The translations under genes were made by a program, and so were the position numbers. Under the pieces are notes generated by a model that saw nothing but the letters and a program-made list of their open reading frames with translations, ran no database searches and was not told the DNA's origin. Of a stretch of DNA of 64,000 nucleotides, positions 40,939-50,695 are shown one piece after another; position 1 is the stretch's first letter; every line of letters starts with the position of its first letter. The stretch spans positions 6,944 to 70,943 of IMG/VR virus record IMGVR_UViG_3300020193_000013; one strand, given 5' to 3'. This DNA comes from a virus.

Positions 40939-41139
40939 TCAATCTACGTCAGGATCTTTCTCTTTACCTTTTAATTCATCAAAGAGATCCAACATATGAT
41001 AAAAATCTTGCTTGTCTAATTGATCGGCGTTGTTTGTAACAATATTAGTTAGGTTGGCATCAATCATTTCGCCTAAATTTCTAATGGCCTCTTCTTTAGT
41101 TAAAAGACCTTTTTGGTATTCAAAGCATATTAAACACAT
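40939..41139 (-). CDS. Hypothetical protein
   Basis: MCLIC N-terminus; 66 aa. Confidence 0.5.
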   Translation of the reverse strand: MCLICFEYQKGLLTKEEAIRNLGEMIDANLTNIVTNNADQLDKQDFYHMLDLFDELKGKEKDPDVD

Positions 41140-41285
41140 ATTATTTTATTATTTTAATACCTCTAAAAGCTTGTCAAAACTTAAACACATAGTAATAAAT
41201 AGAAAAACCATAAACCAGATTAAACCTTCTACTTTATTACTACTCATGTGTTTATTATAATAGGTTAAGATTGCAATATCAACTA

Positions 41286-42713
41286 TTAAATATCCTTAAT
41301 AAATCTATAGTGACCTGTTCCAAATATTTTATGGTAACCTTCTGATCTCATTTGATCGTCTTTTTTGCCCCAAGATGCCCTTCTTGAAAGCCTAATCTCC
41401 TTATCAGTCCAAAACATATCTGGGGGAGTAATGCCGTCCAATTTAAAGCCATTTTTGATATAAACTTGACCGTTGCTTATTCTTTTATCTGCATAGGACA
41501 TGATTGAATTATAACCTAGTTTTTTAAGTTCGACTTGAGAATGTGACATTAGTTTAGAAAACCCGCCTACAACTGATGCATTTTTAACAGTGCAAAACCT
41601 TACCAATTCAACACCATATTTTTTGTTTTTACCAAAAGTTATTAATTGAACTAATTTGCCGTCTTTTTTAAGACCGATATTTAAAAATGAGCTTCTAAAT
41701 CCCATTAAGTGATTATCGTTGCAAAAATGTTTAGTTTTTTTAAAGCTAATTTTAATTACTTCACAATCTCTTGCGTTGATTTTGTTTTCAGTTATATTAA
41801 GCTTGTTAGCTATAATTGAGCATACCAGATCAAATTTAAAATTAATTTCATCTTCAAAAAACGATATTAATTTGATTTCCTGAGATTCTGCTAATTCATG
41901 TTTTTCTTTGTTACTATATTTTTCTTTATTTAATTCGCAATGCCAATATAAACCATCTATTTCTATTCCAATATTATAGTCTGGTAGATAAATATCTATT
42001 TCTAATGGATACCCACCCTTTTTTAAAATTTTTTGATTCCTTTTAAAATTTATGTTTTTTGATTCTAAAAAATTACATACTTTTTGTTCTATTAAAGGAT
42101 TGTTTTTATGTTTTGGATGTCGAGTTTGATTAAAAATAACATTATACGGTAACGCTTCCCATTCGCCAAATTTAGGATCAATAAAAATAGCCCGTGAGTG
42201 CATTTTAATATACGTTTCTTTTTTAATTTTTATACCAGTTCCCATAGAATCCAGCCTAGACTGGATTTCATCTGGATGGATCAATTTATATTTCTTTTTT
42301 CTATCGGACAATCTTTTAGGGTGTGGGTACCTACTACTTAAAACATATTCAACTATTTTTGTAAACTCTCCGTAATCTTTATCTATAAAGGTTGCTGTTT
42401 TTTTAGTGCCTAAATACGTACTTTCAATAATTGTTACTTCTGGTGGTAATTTTTTTTTAATTTCCTCTACAGGAGTTTGCATGCCTCTATAAGATCTATT
42501 TGGATGCTTACCACCTTTTAAAAGTCTATTGGGAATTGCCCAAAAATCTCCAAAATCTTTATCAGTAAAAAGTGCTTTAAATTTCGTATTAACGTAAGTA
42601 GATTTATCTACTGAAATAATTTCAGGGTATTTTTCTTGGATTTTTTGAAGAGTTTTTTCAGATGTCCAAGTTTTTTTCTGAGATATTAAAATTGATTTTT
42701 TACTTTTTTCCAT
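41286..42713 (-). CDS. Free-standing homing-endonuclease-like protein (repeats + PD-(D/E)xK/Vsr-like + GNAT-like C-terminus)
   Basis: Three TY.....A.F.D..FG...HP repeats; LEIDIYLP...IGIEIDGLYWH; ELVRFC..VVGGFSKL..SYAD. Confidence 0.75.
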   Translation of the reverse strand: MEKSKKSILISQKKTWTSEKTLQKIQEKYPEIISVDKSTYVNTKFKALFTDKDFGDFWAIPNRLLKGGKHPNRSYRGMQTPVEEIKKKLPPEVTIIESTYLGTKKTATFIDKDYGEFTKIVEYVLSSRYPHPKRLSDRKKKYKLIHPDEIQSRLDSMGTGIKIKKETYIKMHSRAIFIDPKFGEWEALPYNVIFNQTRHPKHKNNPLIEQKVCNFLESKNINFKRNQKILKKGGYPLEIDIYLPDYNIGIEIDGLYWHCELNKEKYSNKEKHELAESQEIKLISFFEDEINFKFDLVCSIIANKLNITENKINARDCEVIKISFKKTKHFCNDNHLMGFRSSFLNIGLKKDGKLVQLITFGKNKKYGVELVRFCTVKNASVVGGFSKLMSHSQVELKKLGYNSIMSYADKRISNGQVYIKNGFKLDGITPPDMFWTDKEIRLSRRASWGKKDDQMRSEGYHKIFGTGHYRFIKDI

Positions 42714-42757
42714 AAATTACATATAGTTATTATACACTATTATGAATAAAAGGCAAC

Positions 42758-42789
42758 AAAAAAGCGCAAGATGTAAAATCCTGCGCTTT
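42758..42789 (-). terminator. Rho-independent terminator after sheath gene
   Basis: AAAGCGCAGGAT-TTTAC-ATCTTGCGCTTT followed by T-run. Confidence 0.75.
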
Positions 42790-42805
42790 ATATAAACAAT
42801 TGATT

Positions 42806-45619
42806 TTATTGAGCTTGTGAAGCAGTTTGCTCAACTTGACTAATTTCGAACTGTATAGGCACAAAATAAATGAGTCCTGCTAGCTTAGCCTCTAAATATA
42901 TACTCATTACTCCGCCCTTTAATGACACTTTGGCGTTTTTATAGCCCTTTGGAGCGTCATCTGAAGGGGCAATGAACCTAAGCCTCAAGAAGTTAAACAT
43001 TTCGCTTTCTAGGAACACTAGAGCAACTTGAGCGCTGATTTCAGCTACAGATTTACCAACAATAGCCCTGTCAAAGTTTTGAATCAGTGTTAAGGCCATA
43101 ATGTCAGCAACGTATACAGCTTGTAAGCTATTATATACAAAGTTGTTATCTACAGCATAGGTTGTTTGATCCGAAACCCATCTAAATCCACCAGTTTGAA
43201 CTGGCTCAAGAATTAGCAATCCTGCAGTTAAAGCGTCTTCTAGTTTAGACGGGATCTTGGTATCGAAATCCTTTTCAGGTTTAACAATACCACTGATATT
43301 TGCAAATTTCTTAACAATACCACGGTAACCAGCAGCTGCTTGCATTCCAGCAGCAATTACTGCGGCCATCCAAGGCTGATATTGAACAATTGTGCCGCTT
43401 CCGCTTAAAGCTTTAACGTCTTGGAAAGCCATCGCAACTCTAAAACTTGATAGAGCAGCAGCAGATTGCTTTTGAGCTTCATAAGTACCGCTTCTTGAAA
43501 CAAGTGCTGAACGGTTTTTGCGAGCTTTTAAAGAACTCATGTCAATTACATGAGATTTTAAATAAGCATTTACTGCATCAACAGTATAAGTTGAACTTGA
43601 TTCTGTTTCACCAGCAAGGATATCTTCAGAAGCATCTTTACTGATAAGAGGAACCATAAAGTTCGTAATAACACCTTGGCAGGCATCAATTGCTGATACC
43701 CAATCGGCTCCAGTGCTACCACCTTTAGCTCCACCACTTAAGAATTTGGCTAGGTCCATAGCTTCTGGTAAACCAGATTGAGAACCGCTTTGTAGAGCAG
43801 ATGTAGCTAAAGAACCACCGCTTACATTTGCTTGCCATTCAACAGCATCTTTTTTTACTCTTCCTGGCTTAGAAGAAGCTCCTGAAGCACTGATTTTAAA
43901 AGTACCTCTATCAAGGCTGCTAGAAGCTACTAGGTTAAAGCTAGACAAAGAAACTGCAGATGAAAAGCTAGTTTGAGTTGCAGCAAAATCAACAACATCT
44001 TTCAATGTTGGGAATTGGCTGTAAGCGCATGAAAAAATTTCTGTTCCGTTAACTCTAAATTTAATGTCCGAAGAACCAACTATCATATCGGCTAGTTCTT
44101 GGGTGCATCCAAAGCTTGCAACTACATTACCACCAGCGCTAAATACGTCAGTTACGTTACCACGGCTGATTGTAGTAGTTACTTTGCTTTCTGCGCTAGA
44201 AACCAAAAGAGGTTTACCAGTAGCAAAAGAAGCCGCTGCACCAGTAGCTGGGTTTTTACAAATGTCAGAAGGCTCAGAAACAATTTCCATGCTCTTTCCA
44301 AGACCATCAATAGCTGGCTTTAAAACAGTAAATGGTTGAGCACCTTGAGCGATAGGTCCAGCAACCAATTGAGAGCCTGTTGCACCAGATGAACCGTTTG
44401 AAAGTCTAGCGCAAGTAAAAGAATTTGAAGTAGAAGCTGTTACTTGATATAAACCAGCGGCAACTCCAGCAAATGGAGCAGCTACTTTAACATAGTCACC
44501 AGCTTTTGGCTGAGCTGCCCACGCAGTATCTAACGACATTACGAATGTGCCATTTGAATTTGAAGTTGTGTTAAAAGTAACTGCGGAAAGACCTACACTT
44601 GATTGTCTGTCCATTCCAGAGATATTTTTAATTTCAACTTGAGTATAACAAAGTACATCTTCATCAGAACCAATTGGGGTAGATAGAACAGCTGCAACAG
44701 ATGGAGCACCTGATGGAGCGTTTAATCTTTTAGCTGTAATGATAGCAGTTGTAGTTCCGTTAACTACGTCAGTTACAATATAAGCACCACGGTTTGCATC
44801 TGCAGCTCCGATAATAGCCGAATCAGCTAGAGCAGCGAAGTCACCAGTTTTGGGAATAGTTAAAGTATCCCCAACAGAAGGTAGATTTGCTGAAGCAATA
44901 GACCCTGGCATGCTGATAGCAATTAAGCTAGCGCCAGCATCAACTACTGCAACCGAAATATTTCCTACAGCAGATGTTAAAGGTTTTTTAAGAGTTCCGC
45001 CAGAGGCTAGAGTTCCTAAAGAAATACTTTCCATTGTAGCCGCAAAAGTAGGTCCATCAGTTAAGCTACTGATAGAATTTGAATCGACTGCAGAACCATT
45101 TTGTCTTAGGTTAAAAGACACAGCTGAAACTGCGTAATGAGGCATATAAGTAAATTTGCCAGTTGTAGGAGGCAATTCTGCAGCAGCAGTATCTACTTTG
45201 TATTTAATTAAATTACCGGGGGCACCAGCTCTTCTAGCAGTTAGGGTAGCATAGCTGCCAAATCCAGCTCTAGCTAAAATATCTGCAGCAGTAGAAGAAG
45301 CATTAACTTTCACAATTTTCACACCTGAAACTGAACCCACAATAGCGGGATCATTTGCAGCTGCTACGATAGCCCTAAAAGCATCTACTAACCGTCCAGA
45401 TCCGTATTTAACTAATACAGAGGCGATGTCATCTGGAGCAAAAAGATTAGAGTTTAAATCTGATTCTTGAGTGTGGTCTGGTCCTTCGTTAGCTTCACCA
45501 ATTAAAGTAACAACACCAGCAGCAGCAATTCCGCCTTGATTAGCACGGACTTGTTGTTCTACATAAGTACCTGGAATCTTTAAAGTTATCCCACTGTTTG
45601 TAGTATATGATTGAGCCAT
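42806..45619 (-). CDS. Tail sheath protein
   Basis: KIPGTY and IGEA.EG at N-terminus; sheath-like C-terminal domain; 937 aa. Confidence 0.9.
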   Translation of the reverse strand: MAQSYTTNSGITLKIPGTYVEQQVRANQGGIAAAGVVTLIGEANEGPDHTQESDLNSNLFAPDDIASVLVKYGSGRLVDAFRAIVAAANDPAIVGSVSGVKIVKVNASSTAADILARAGFGSYATLTARRAGAPGNLIKYKVDTAAAELPPTTGKFTYMPHYAVSAVSFNLRQNGSAVDSNSISSLTDGPTFAATMESISLGTLASGGTLKKPLTSAVGNISVAVVDAGASLIAISMPGSIASANLPSVGDTLTIPKTGDFAALADSAIIGAADANRGAYIVTDVVNGTTTAIITAKRLNAPSGAPSVAAVLSTPIGSDEDVLCYTQVEIKNISGMDRQSSVGLSAVTFNTTSNSNGTFVMSLDTAWAAQPKAGDYVKVAAPFAGVAAGLYQVTASTSNSFTCARLSNGSSGATGSQLVAGPIAQGAQPFTVLKPAIDGLGKSMEIVSEPSDICKNPATGAAASFATGKPLLVSSAESKVTTTISRGNVTDVFSAGGNVVASFGCTQELADMIVGSSDIKFRVNGTEIFSCAYSQFPTLKDVVDFAATQTSFSSAVSLSSFNLVASSSLDRGTFKISASGASSKPGRVKKDAVEWQANVSGGSLATSALQSGSQSGLPEAMDLAKFLSGGAKGGSTGADWVSAIDACQGVITNFMVPLISKDASEDILAGETESSSTYTVDAVNAYLKSHVIDMSSLKARKNRSALVSRSGTYEAQKQSAAALSSFRVAMAFQDVKALSGSGTIVQYQPWMAAVIAAGMQAAAGYRGIVKKFANISGIVKPEKDFDTKIPSKLEDALTAGLLILEPVQTGGFRWVSDQTTYAVDNNFVYNSLQAVYVADIMALTLIQNFDRAIVGKSVAEISAQVALVFLESEMFNFLRLRFIAPSDDAPKGYKNAKVSLKGGVMSIYLEAKLAGLIYFVPIQFEISQVEQTASQAQ

Positions 45620-45648
45620 TTTAAAATACTCCTATATCTTATAGTATA

Positions 45649-45656
45649 AGATTAAG
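45649..45656 (-). promoter_or_regulatory. Putative phage late promoter CTTAATCT (representative copy, upstream of sheath)
   Basis: Exact intergenic copies also at 13735, 34892, 38968, 46761, 49714, 54460, 57963; variants at 2137 and 39876. Confidence 0.7.
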
Positions 45657-45678
45657 TTATTTGATTTCTTTGTTCTTT

Positions 45679-45921
45679 TTAAAATCCAAAGTCTTTTAGT
45701 CCTTCGTCAAACCTATTATCTTTCATGAAACCTTTAGCTTCAAAATGAAACTTTAAGGCTTCTTTAAGGCCGCTATTAAATTTTCTTTCAGTAGCCACTT
45801 TAGTAAACCATGCGTCAAAGCTTAATTGAGGCAAAGGTTCTTTATATTCGGCTATTGATTGTTTTTCGGCAATTTTGTCCGAATATTCAATATTATTATA
45901 TTTTTTGTCTTTTTTTGACAT
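45679..45921 (-). CDS. Hypothetical protein upstream of sheath
   Basis: Likely start MSKKDKK just after previous stop. Confidence 0.55.
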   Translation of the reverse strand: MSKKDKKYNNIEYSDKIAEKQSIAEYKEPLPQLSFDAWFTKVATERKFNSGLKEALKFHFEAKGFMKDNRFDEGLKDFGF

Positions 45922-45922
45922 A

Positions 45923-46744
45923 TTACTTTTTCTTAGTATCAGTACCGCCAGGAACATCTTTTTCTTCTGGCATGATATCTGGAGAAAATTTTTCTTTCAA
46001 TTCTTTTCTAGTGGCGATTCCTTTTTCTTTGCCACGAACTATAGGTTGACCTTCTTTTGGTGTTTCAACAGAAGGTAAACTAGCTATTTTCTTTTTTTCT
46101 TTAAAACTATAAATATCTGCCTTTTCAAAAGTATTTTTAACTAAATTTCTGTAATAGTTTTCTGATTTAGCAATTTTAGGAATTTTATAAATGAACTTTA
46201 CTGGCTTTTTAAACTTTTTATTATTGCCATTATCAGAACTTGCCGGAGCTGAAGGTGGTACAATTTTTGTAGCCAAGCTAGGTTCTACTTGTTCTTTTTC
46301 TAATTCTTTTTTCTCATTCGGTTTTTTGCCAGCTTTTCTGCTTTCTGAGCTTCTTAGCTGAGATTTATCTTCTAAAGATCTTAAATGTGTTAGCATTTCT
46401 TCTTTAGAATCAGTGCTTTTATCTTTTAAATCATGAATAGCTTCTTTTACGCTTTCGCCTTCTTCTGCAACATCATGAGCTTTGTCTTCTGGCGTTCCTG
46501 GCAGATGCGGCTTATCATCTTTATCCATTGATTCTTTTTGCATTTTTTCCATGCAAGCTTTTATTCTTTTGGATAGTTCGTCAATTCTTTTTTTCTTGTC
46601 ATCTTGGGGTGACATTTCCATTTCAACGTGCTTAGACTCTTCAGAACGAGCTTTAATAAGTTCTTGAAATGCTTGAAGTGCTTTAGGGTCGTTTTCTATG
46701 GTTTTTAGCAATTCTTTTGCTTGTTCTAATATCGACTTAGACAT
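45923..46744 (-). CDS. Highly charged putative internal head protein
   Basis: K/E-rich; several xxK[S/A] linker-like sites. Confidence 0.55.
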   Translation of the reverse strand: MSKSILEQAKELLKTIENDPKALQAFQELIKARSEESKHVEMEMSPQDDKKKRIDELSKRIKACMEKMQKESMDKDDKPHLPGTPEDKAHDVAEEGESVKEAIHDLKDKSTDSKEEMLTHLRSLEDKSQLRSSESRKAGKKPNEKKELEKEQVEPSLATKIVPPSAPASSDNGNNKKFKKPVKFIYKIPKIAKSENYYRNLVKNTFEKADIYSFKEKKKIASLPSVETPKEGQPIVRGKEKGIATRKELKEKFSPDIMPEEKDVPGGTDTKKK

Positions 46745-46805
46745 AATTACCTCTATATAGAGATTAAGTAATTTTACCTATAACATTATTATTTAATAAA
46801 ATCAA

Positions 46806-49697
46806 CTATTTATTTTCTTTTTTACCAAAGAATCCAGTAATCTTTATAGCTGTGTCTTTAACGGCTGGCATACCTAAACTATTTTGAAACGATTGAGATA
46901 CTTGTGAAGCAGGGCTTGTATTGCCTTTTGTACCTCTAGGCTGTTCTTTAAGACTTGTACCGTTTAAAGATGGTCTGGTTTGACTAGGCGATACTACCGG
47001 CATAGTAGTTGCAGTAACACCATCAATCTTTTTAAGCTTTTGTGCAAAATAATGCTTCAAGTGGTTGCTTTTTTTAAAACTATTAAAAGTCTTTTCAGAT
47101 GCTGCTAGCTTTGACGTATTTTTGATTTCATTTTTAAATGGACTATCTAAATTAAATTCTAACTTACCAGTTTTATCAGAAAACGAATGTGTAACATAAC
47201 CTTCGTTTGGCCTTGAATGCCTAACTATAATTTCATTTTCACCTGAATAATCGTTAGAGCTTTTTATTTTTTTACCTTTATGTCTTTCGTATACATTTCC
47301 TGCCATTTTAGGGAAATGGTGAATATTATCCTCATGAATCCAAGATCCTAGAATATGTCCCATTCTTTTATTAGCAAACCTGCTAGCTATTCCTTGGTGT
47401 GGCGACCATGAAGTGTTTACGTCTTTTGGATAGTTCATTGATTTATCATCTAATACGCTATTTTTTTCTGAATCGCTAACGCCCCTGTACAAAAGAAATT
47501 CCCTTTTTCCATCTTTAGATCTTCTTACTTTTGTCAACCCTGATAATCTATGTAATGCCCTATCTCTTAAGTTTCCAGTTAATGGTTTAATTAAACCTCT
47601 TGTTGGCGTGTATTGTTTGGTTTGCCATTCATCAATTAACATGGCATTCATTTGGGATTCTTTATTTGGATCTGCTGGCATTTTTCTTTGCCTAGATCCC
47701 TTTTTTAAATTCTGAAAGTATTTTTCAGATGCGGCTAATGGTATTTTGGTTGTTTTTTTGTTTGCTTCATCTTGTATTTCTGAAATTTCATCGTCATTGT
47801 ACCCCTGGGCTTTCTTTTCCTCGATATCAATTTCCCTATCAATTTCCCCCATGGCTTCTTGATATGTCTGCCTTTTAACTTTTTGTTCTGGCATTTTTGG
47901 GTAATTTATATTAACGTTTTTGCCTTGTTCTTTTAAACCAGAAGCTAATTTTCTTTTTTTAGATACTTCTGAATGATTTTGAGGGTCTTTTATATCTATT
48001 TCAATTGTTCCAGGTTCATTAACTTCCATAAATGGTATTTTAGCATGAATTGGGTGACCTTCTTCGTTTAAAATTGGATTACCATTTTCATCTTCATAAT
48101 AATTTTCTTCTTCGTTCCATTTACCAGGTCTTGTATCTTCTATAAAAATCATGTCAAAGGGGTGAGGTGCGCTTTTTTTATATTCAGGGTCCTTATCTGA
48201 CAAAGCTTTCCAGGCATCGCTGATATGCTTCCTTCCTTCTTCTATAGAATTAAAAGACAATGCTTTATATGGCAATATATTATGCCGGCCATTACCGTCA
48301 TAAAATAATTGACCTGGGTTATACGTCCCATCTGACAACATACCTCTAGGAGTAACCGCTATAAATTTTTTAGCTTTTGACAAATTAAAACTTTTAGCTA
48401 AAGATTGAAAATAGGTTTCTGTTTTTTTAACTCTATTAACAGCTTTTATATATGGATCATTTAAGATTTCGCTATCGGACCTGGTTTTAGCGGCATTAAT
48501 TCCGTTTCTCCAAGCATATGCAGCTCTATTTTTGTTATTACTAAAAATTTTTAAAAGCTTTTTATAATGTGAATTTGCTATTTCGTTTTCAATTTCTGGA
48601 TTTTTATTAATAAAATCAGTTAATTGATCGTGATTCATTGAAACCGTTTGTGGATATCTATCAGCTAAGTGCTTATCTTTCTTAACAGTTTCTTTAATAG
48701 TTATAGGCATTAACCCTGTAGCCCCTGCTGCAGTGTGGCCAATGTTAACTCCAGTTAATACTTTTTTATGATGCTTGTTTCTGCCGTAATTACTTTCTAT
48801 ACCAGAAATATGCACTAAGTCTGGATGAAGCTTTACTTGGCTTTCTTTAGGTTTAAAGGCTTGTTGTTTTTCTTGAGAAATTGGTGCAGACACCAAAAGA
48901 CTACCTAAAGCTGCGGTAGCTAATTTAGTTTTAAGGCTTTTTTCTAACAATTCATTAAAGTAATCTTCAGATTTTTTGGTTTCTGTGCTAGGTGTTGGTA
49001 AATCGGCTAAAAGTTTCTTGCTTGAAAAATCATAAATTTTAGCTTTAGCTAATGATTCAAAATACAAAGTGCCTTCGCTTTTACATGCCCATCTTCTTCT
49101 AGCTAAACAAACTCTTTTATCTGGAGTTTTAGAGCAGCTGATATTATGCATTTTCATTTGGCCTTTAGATCTAGCACAAAATGATTTTTTACGCTTACCG
49201 CCTCCTGGCTGTGGCCTTTTAAGTTTGCTTCCAGTAGCTTTATTATAAGCTTTTCTGCCTGCTTCTGTTAACCCGCCTTTTTTAGATTTATGCTTAGCTT
49301 TAAATTGGAAAGACTTTTTTTTCTTTTCTAAGGATTCGGCGATTAAATCAAAAGTAGATTGTGGCACGCTTTCGCCAACTTCTAAGTCAATATTACCATT
49401 GTCATAAATAGAAATCTGTAATTCAGATTTGCCCATTGGCTTAGTCAGCTTTGGTAATGGCGGCGGCTTTGGGGTTGATTTTGGTTTATGCGGTACAATT
49501 CTTATTGCTGGGTCTTTTTCAAGATTTTGTACCTTGCCATAATCTTGTACTATTTGTTTATAAGTTTTTGGTTTAGTTATAGGCTGGCCTTTGTGATTAA
49601 TAACATACTTTTGCTCACCTGTGCCGACCTGTGGCGGCATGGATTTATCACGTTGGCCGCTAGTCAATTTTGATAGTATGTCTTTAAAATACTTCAT
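46806..49697 (-). CDS. Polyvalent protein: DUF6321-like, lytic-transglycosylase-like and ADP-ribosyltransferase-like domains
   Basis: GGL...GR.AY...KSFCAR...RRW.C; IESNYG...AAG..GLMP.T...AYAW..G; LYRG...TSWS...ENEIIV. Confidence 0.7.
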   Translation of the reverse strand: MKYFKDILSKLTSGQRDKSMPPQVGTGEQKYVINHKGQPITKPKTYKQIVQDYGKVQNLEKDPAIRIVPHKPKSTPKPPPLPKLTKPMGKSELQISIYDNGNIDLEVGESVPQSTFDLIAESLEKKKKSFQFKAKHKSKKGGLTEAGRKAYNKATGSKLKRPQPGGGKRKKSFCARSKGQMKMHNISCSKTPDKRVCLARRRWACKSEGTLYFESLAKAKIYDFSSKKLLADLPTPSTETKKSEDYFNELLEKSLKTKLATAALGSLLVSAPISQEKQQAFKPKESQVKLHPDLVHISGIESNYGRNKHHKKVLTGVNIGHTAAGATGLMPITIKETVKKDKHLADRYPQTVSMNHDQLTDFINKNPEIENEIANSHYKKLLKIFSNNKNRAAYAWRNGINAAKTRSDSEILNDPYIKAVNRVKKTETYFQSLAKSFNLSKAKKFIAVTPRGMLSDGTYNPGQLFYDGNGRHNILPYKALSFNSIEEGRKHISDAWKALSDKDPEYKKSAPHPFDMIFIEDTRPGKWNEEENYYEDENGNPILNEEGHPIHAKIPFMEVNEPGTIEIDIKDPQNHSEVSKKRKLASGLKEQGKNVNINYPKMPEQKVKRQTYQEAMGEIDREIDIEEKKAQGYNDDEISEIQDEANKKTTKIPLAASEKYFQNLKKGSRQRKMPADPNKESQMNAMLIDEWQTKQYTPTRGLIKPLTGNLRDRALHRLSGLTKVRRSKDGKREFLLYRGVSDSEKNSVLDDKSMNYPKDVNTSWSPHQGIASRFANKRMGHILGSWIHEDNIHHFPKMAGNVYERHKGKKIKSSNDYSGENEIIVRHSRPNEGYVTHSFSDKTGKLEFNLDSPFKNEIKNTSKLAASEKTFNSFKKSNHLKHYFAQKLKKIDGVTATTMPVVSPSQTRPSLNGTSLKEQPRGTKGNTSPASQVSQSFQNSLGMPAVKDTAIKITGFFGKKENK

Positions 49698-49729
49698 TTT
49701 TCACCTAAATAAAAGATTAAGTTTTAAGT

Positions 49730-49758
49730 ATTTTAGTAAAATAATTTAATAATATCAA
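49730..49758 (-). promoter_or_regulatory. Sigma70-like promoter upstream of the 963-aa polyvalent gene
   Basis: TTGATA-17 nt-TAAAAT on minus strand, just upstream of CTTAATCT. Confidence 0.45.
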
Positions 49759-49762
49759 TTAT

Positions 49763-50695
49763 TTACTCAGGCTTTTTAGTTAAAAGACCTTCTTTTTGGT
49801 ATTTTTCTTGCGGCGTTTCAGGCTTTTCATCATGTTGGGATATGATAGATTCAATCTCAGGGGTCCATTCATTTACTTGGTTTTTACCTTTTAATTTGCC
49901 GTATATCATTGCGTGAGCAGCTTCTGAAATACTTCTACCTACCCCAACAGTAATGGTGTAACCTGTAGCTTCATGATATTTATTTCTTAAATCTTCTATT
50001 TCATTTAGATATTTTTTATGTAGGGTAAAAGAAATGTCATCGCCGCCATCAATATAAATTGAGCCATGATGTTTTTTAATCCATTTTCTTATTACTTGGT
50101 TGCCTCTTTTAATGATTTTATCTTGTTTTTTGATTTCTTTAATATCGTTTGATAATGCCACACGTTCAACTGAAGCACCAATATTATCACCATCAGTAGC
50201 TATATAAACTATATTTTTTTGAGCTTTGGATAAAAGTTTAAAAAGATCTTCAAAACCTTTAGTTAATACATCTAACTCTGATTTACCGAAATCAAAATTA
50301 TGAGTAAAATAAAAATCTTTTCCTGTTTGATCTTTAAGATGGGTATAAAAATCCTGGGGTTTGGCTTCATGAAATACTGTACCTTCACCACTAACCGATG
50401 TACCAGCTTTTGGACCATTTAAGTATAGCATTTTATGATTTTTGCCATTTGAATAAATTACCGATTCTTGACCTGTATCTCTAGCCAGTTTTATTATATC
50501 ATTTACATTTTTTGGGTTTGAAACGATAATAGAAGATTCTGGGCTACCGTAATGCCCTTTAGAATTAATTGCAGTTTCGCCTTGAGTTTTTAACCAATTT
50601 AAAGTATTTTCATGGGTTGGTGGCGGTTTAATCCCCTGATGCATGGGGTTTTCTACTGAAAAAATCAAATGTGGTTGTTGAATTAAATCTTTCAT
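49763..50695 (-). CDS. SAM-lyase-like domain fused to mCpol (minimal Cas10-palm nucleotidyltransferase)
   Basis: SVENP...GHYG.PESSIIV...LARDTGQESVIY; YIATDGDNIG...GGDD...VGVG.SISEA..A...K..GKN. Confidence 0.75.
   Translation of the reverse strand: MKDLIQQPHLIFSVENPMHQGIKPPPTHENTLNWLKTQGETAINSKGHYGSPESSIIVSNPKNVNDIIKLARDTGQESVIYSNGKNHKMLYLNGPKAGTSVSGEGTVFHEAKPQDFYTHLKDQTGKDFYFTHNFDFGKSELDVLTKGFEDLFKLLSKAQKNIVYIATDGDNIGASVERVALSNDIKEIKKQDKIIKRGNQVIRKWIKKHHGSIYIDGGDDISFTLHKKYLNEIEDLRNKYHEATGYTITVGVGRSISEAAHAMIYGKLKGKNQVNEWTPEIESIISQHDEKPETPQEKYQKEGLLTKKPE

Noticed and set aside
9722-45619. Extracellular contractile injection system or tailocin rather than a phage
   Set aside because: Neck/head-completion-like genes, a tRNA, a homing-endonuclease-like gene, phage-type small ORFs and absence of bacterial flanks favour a large phage, although capsid and terminase are outside the window
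49860-50215. Ordinary GGDEF diguanylate cyclase
   Set aside because: Motifs are DGDNIG and GGDD in a ~120-aa domain, lacking the D.D.FK..ND..GH..GD signature of GGDEF enzymes
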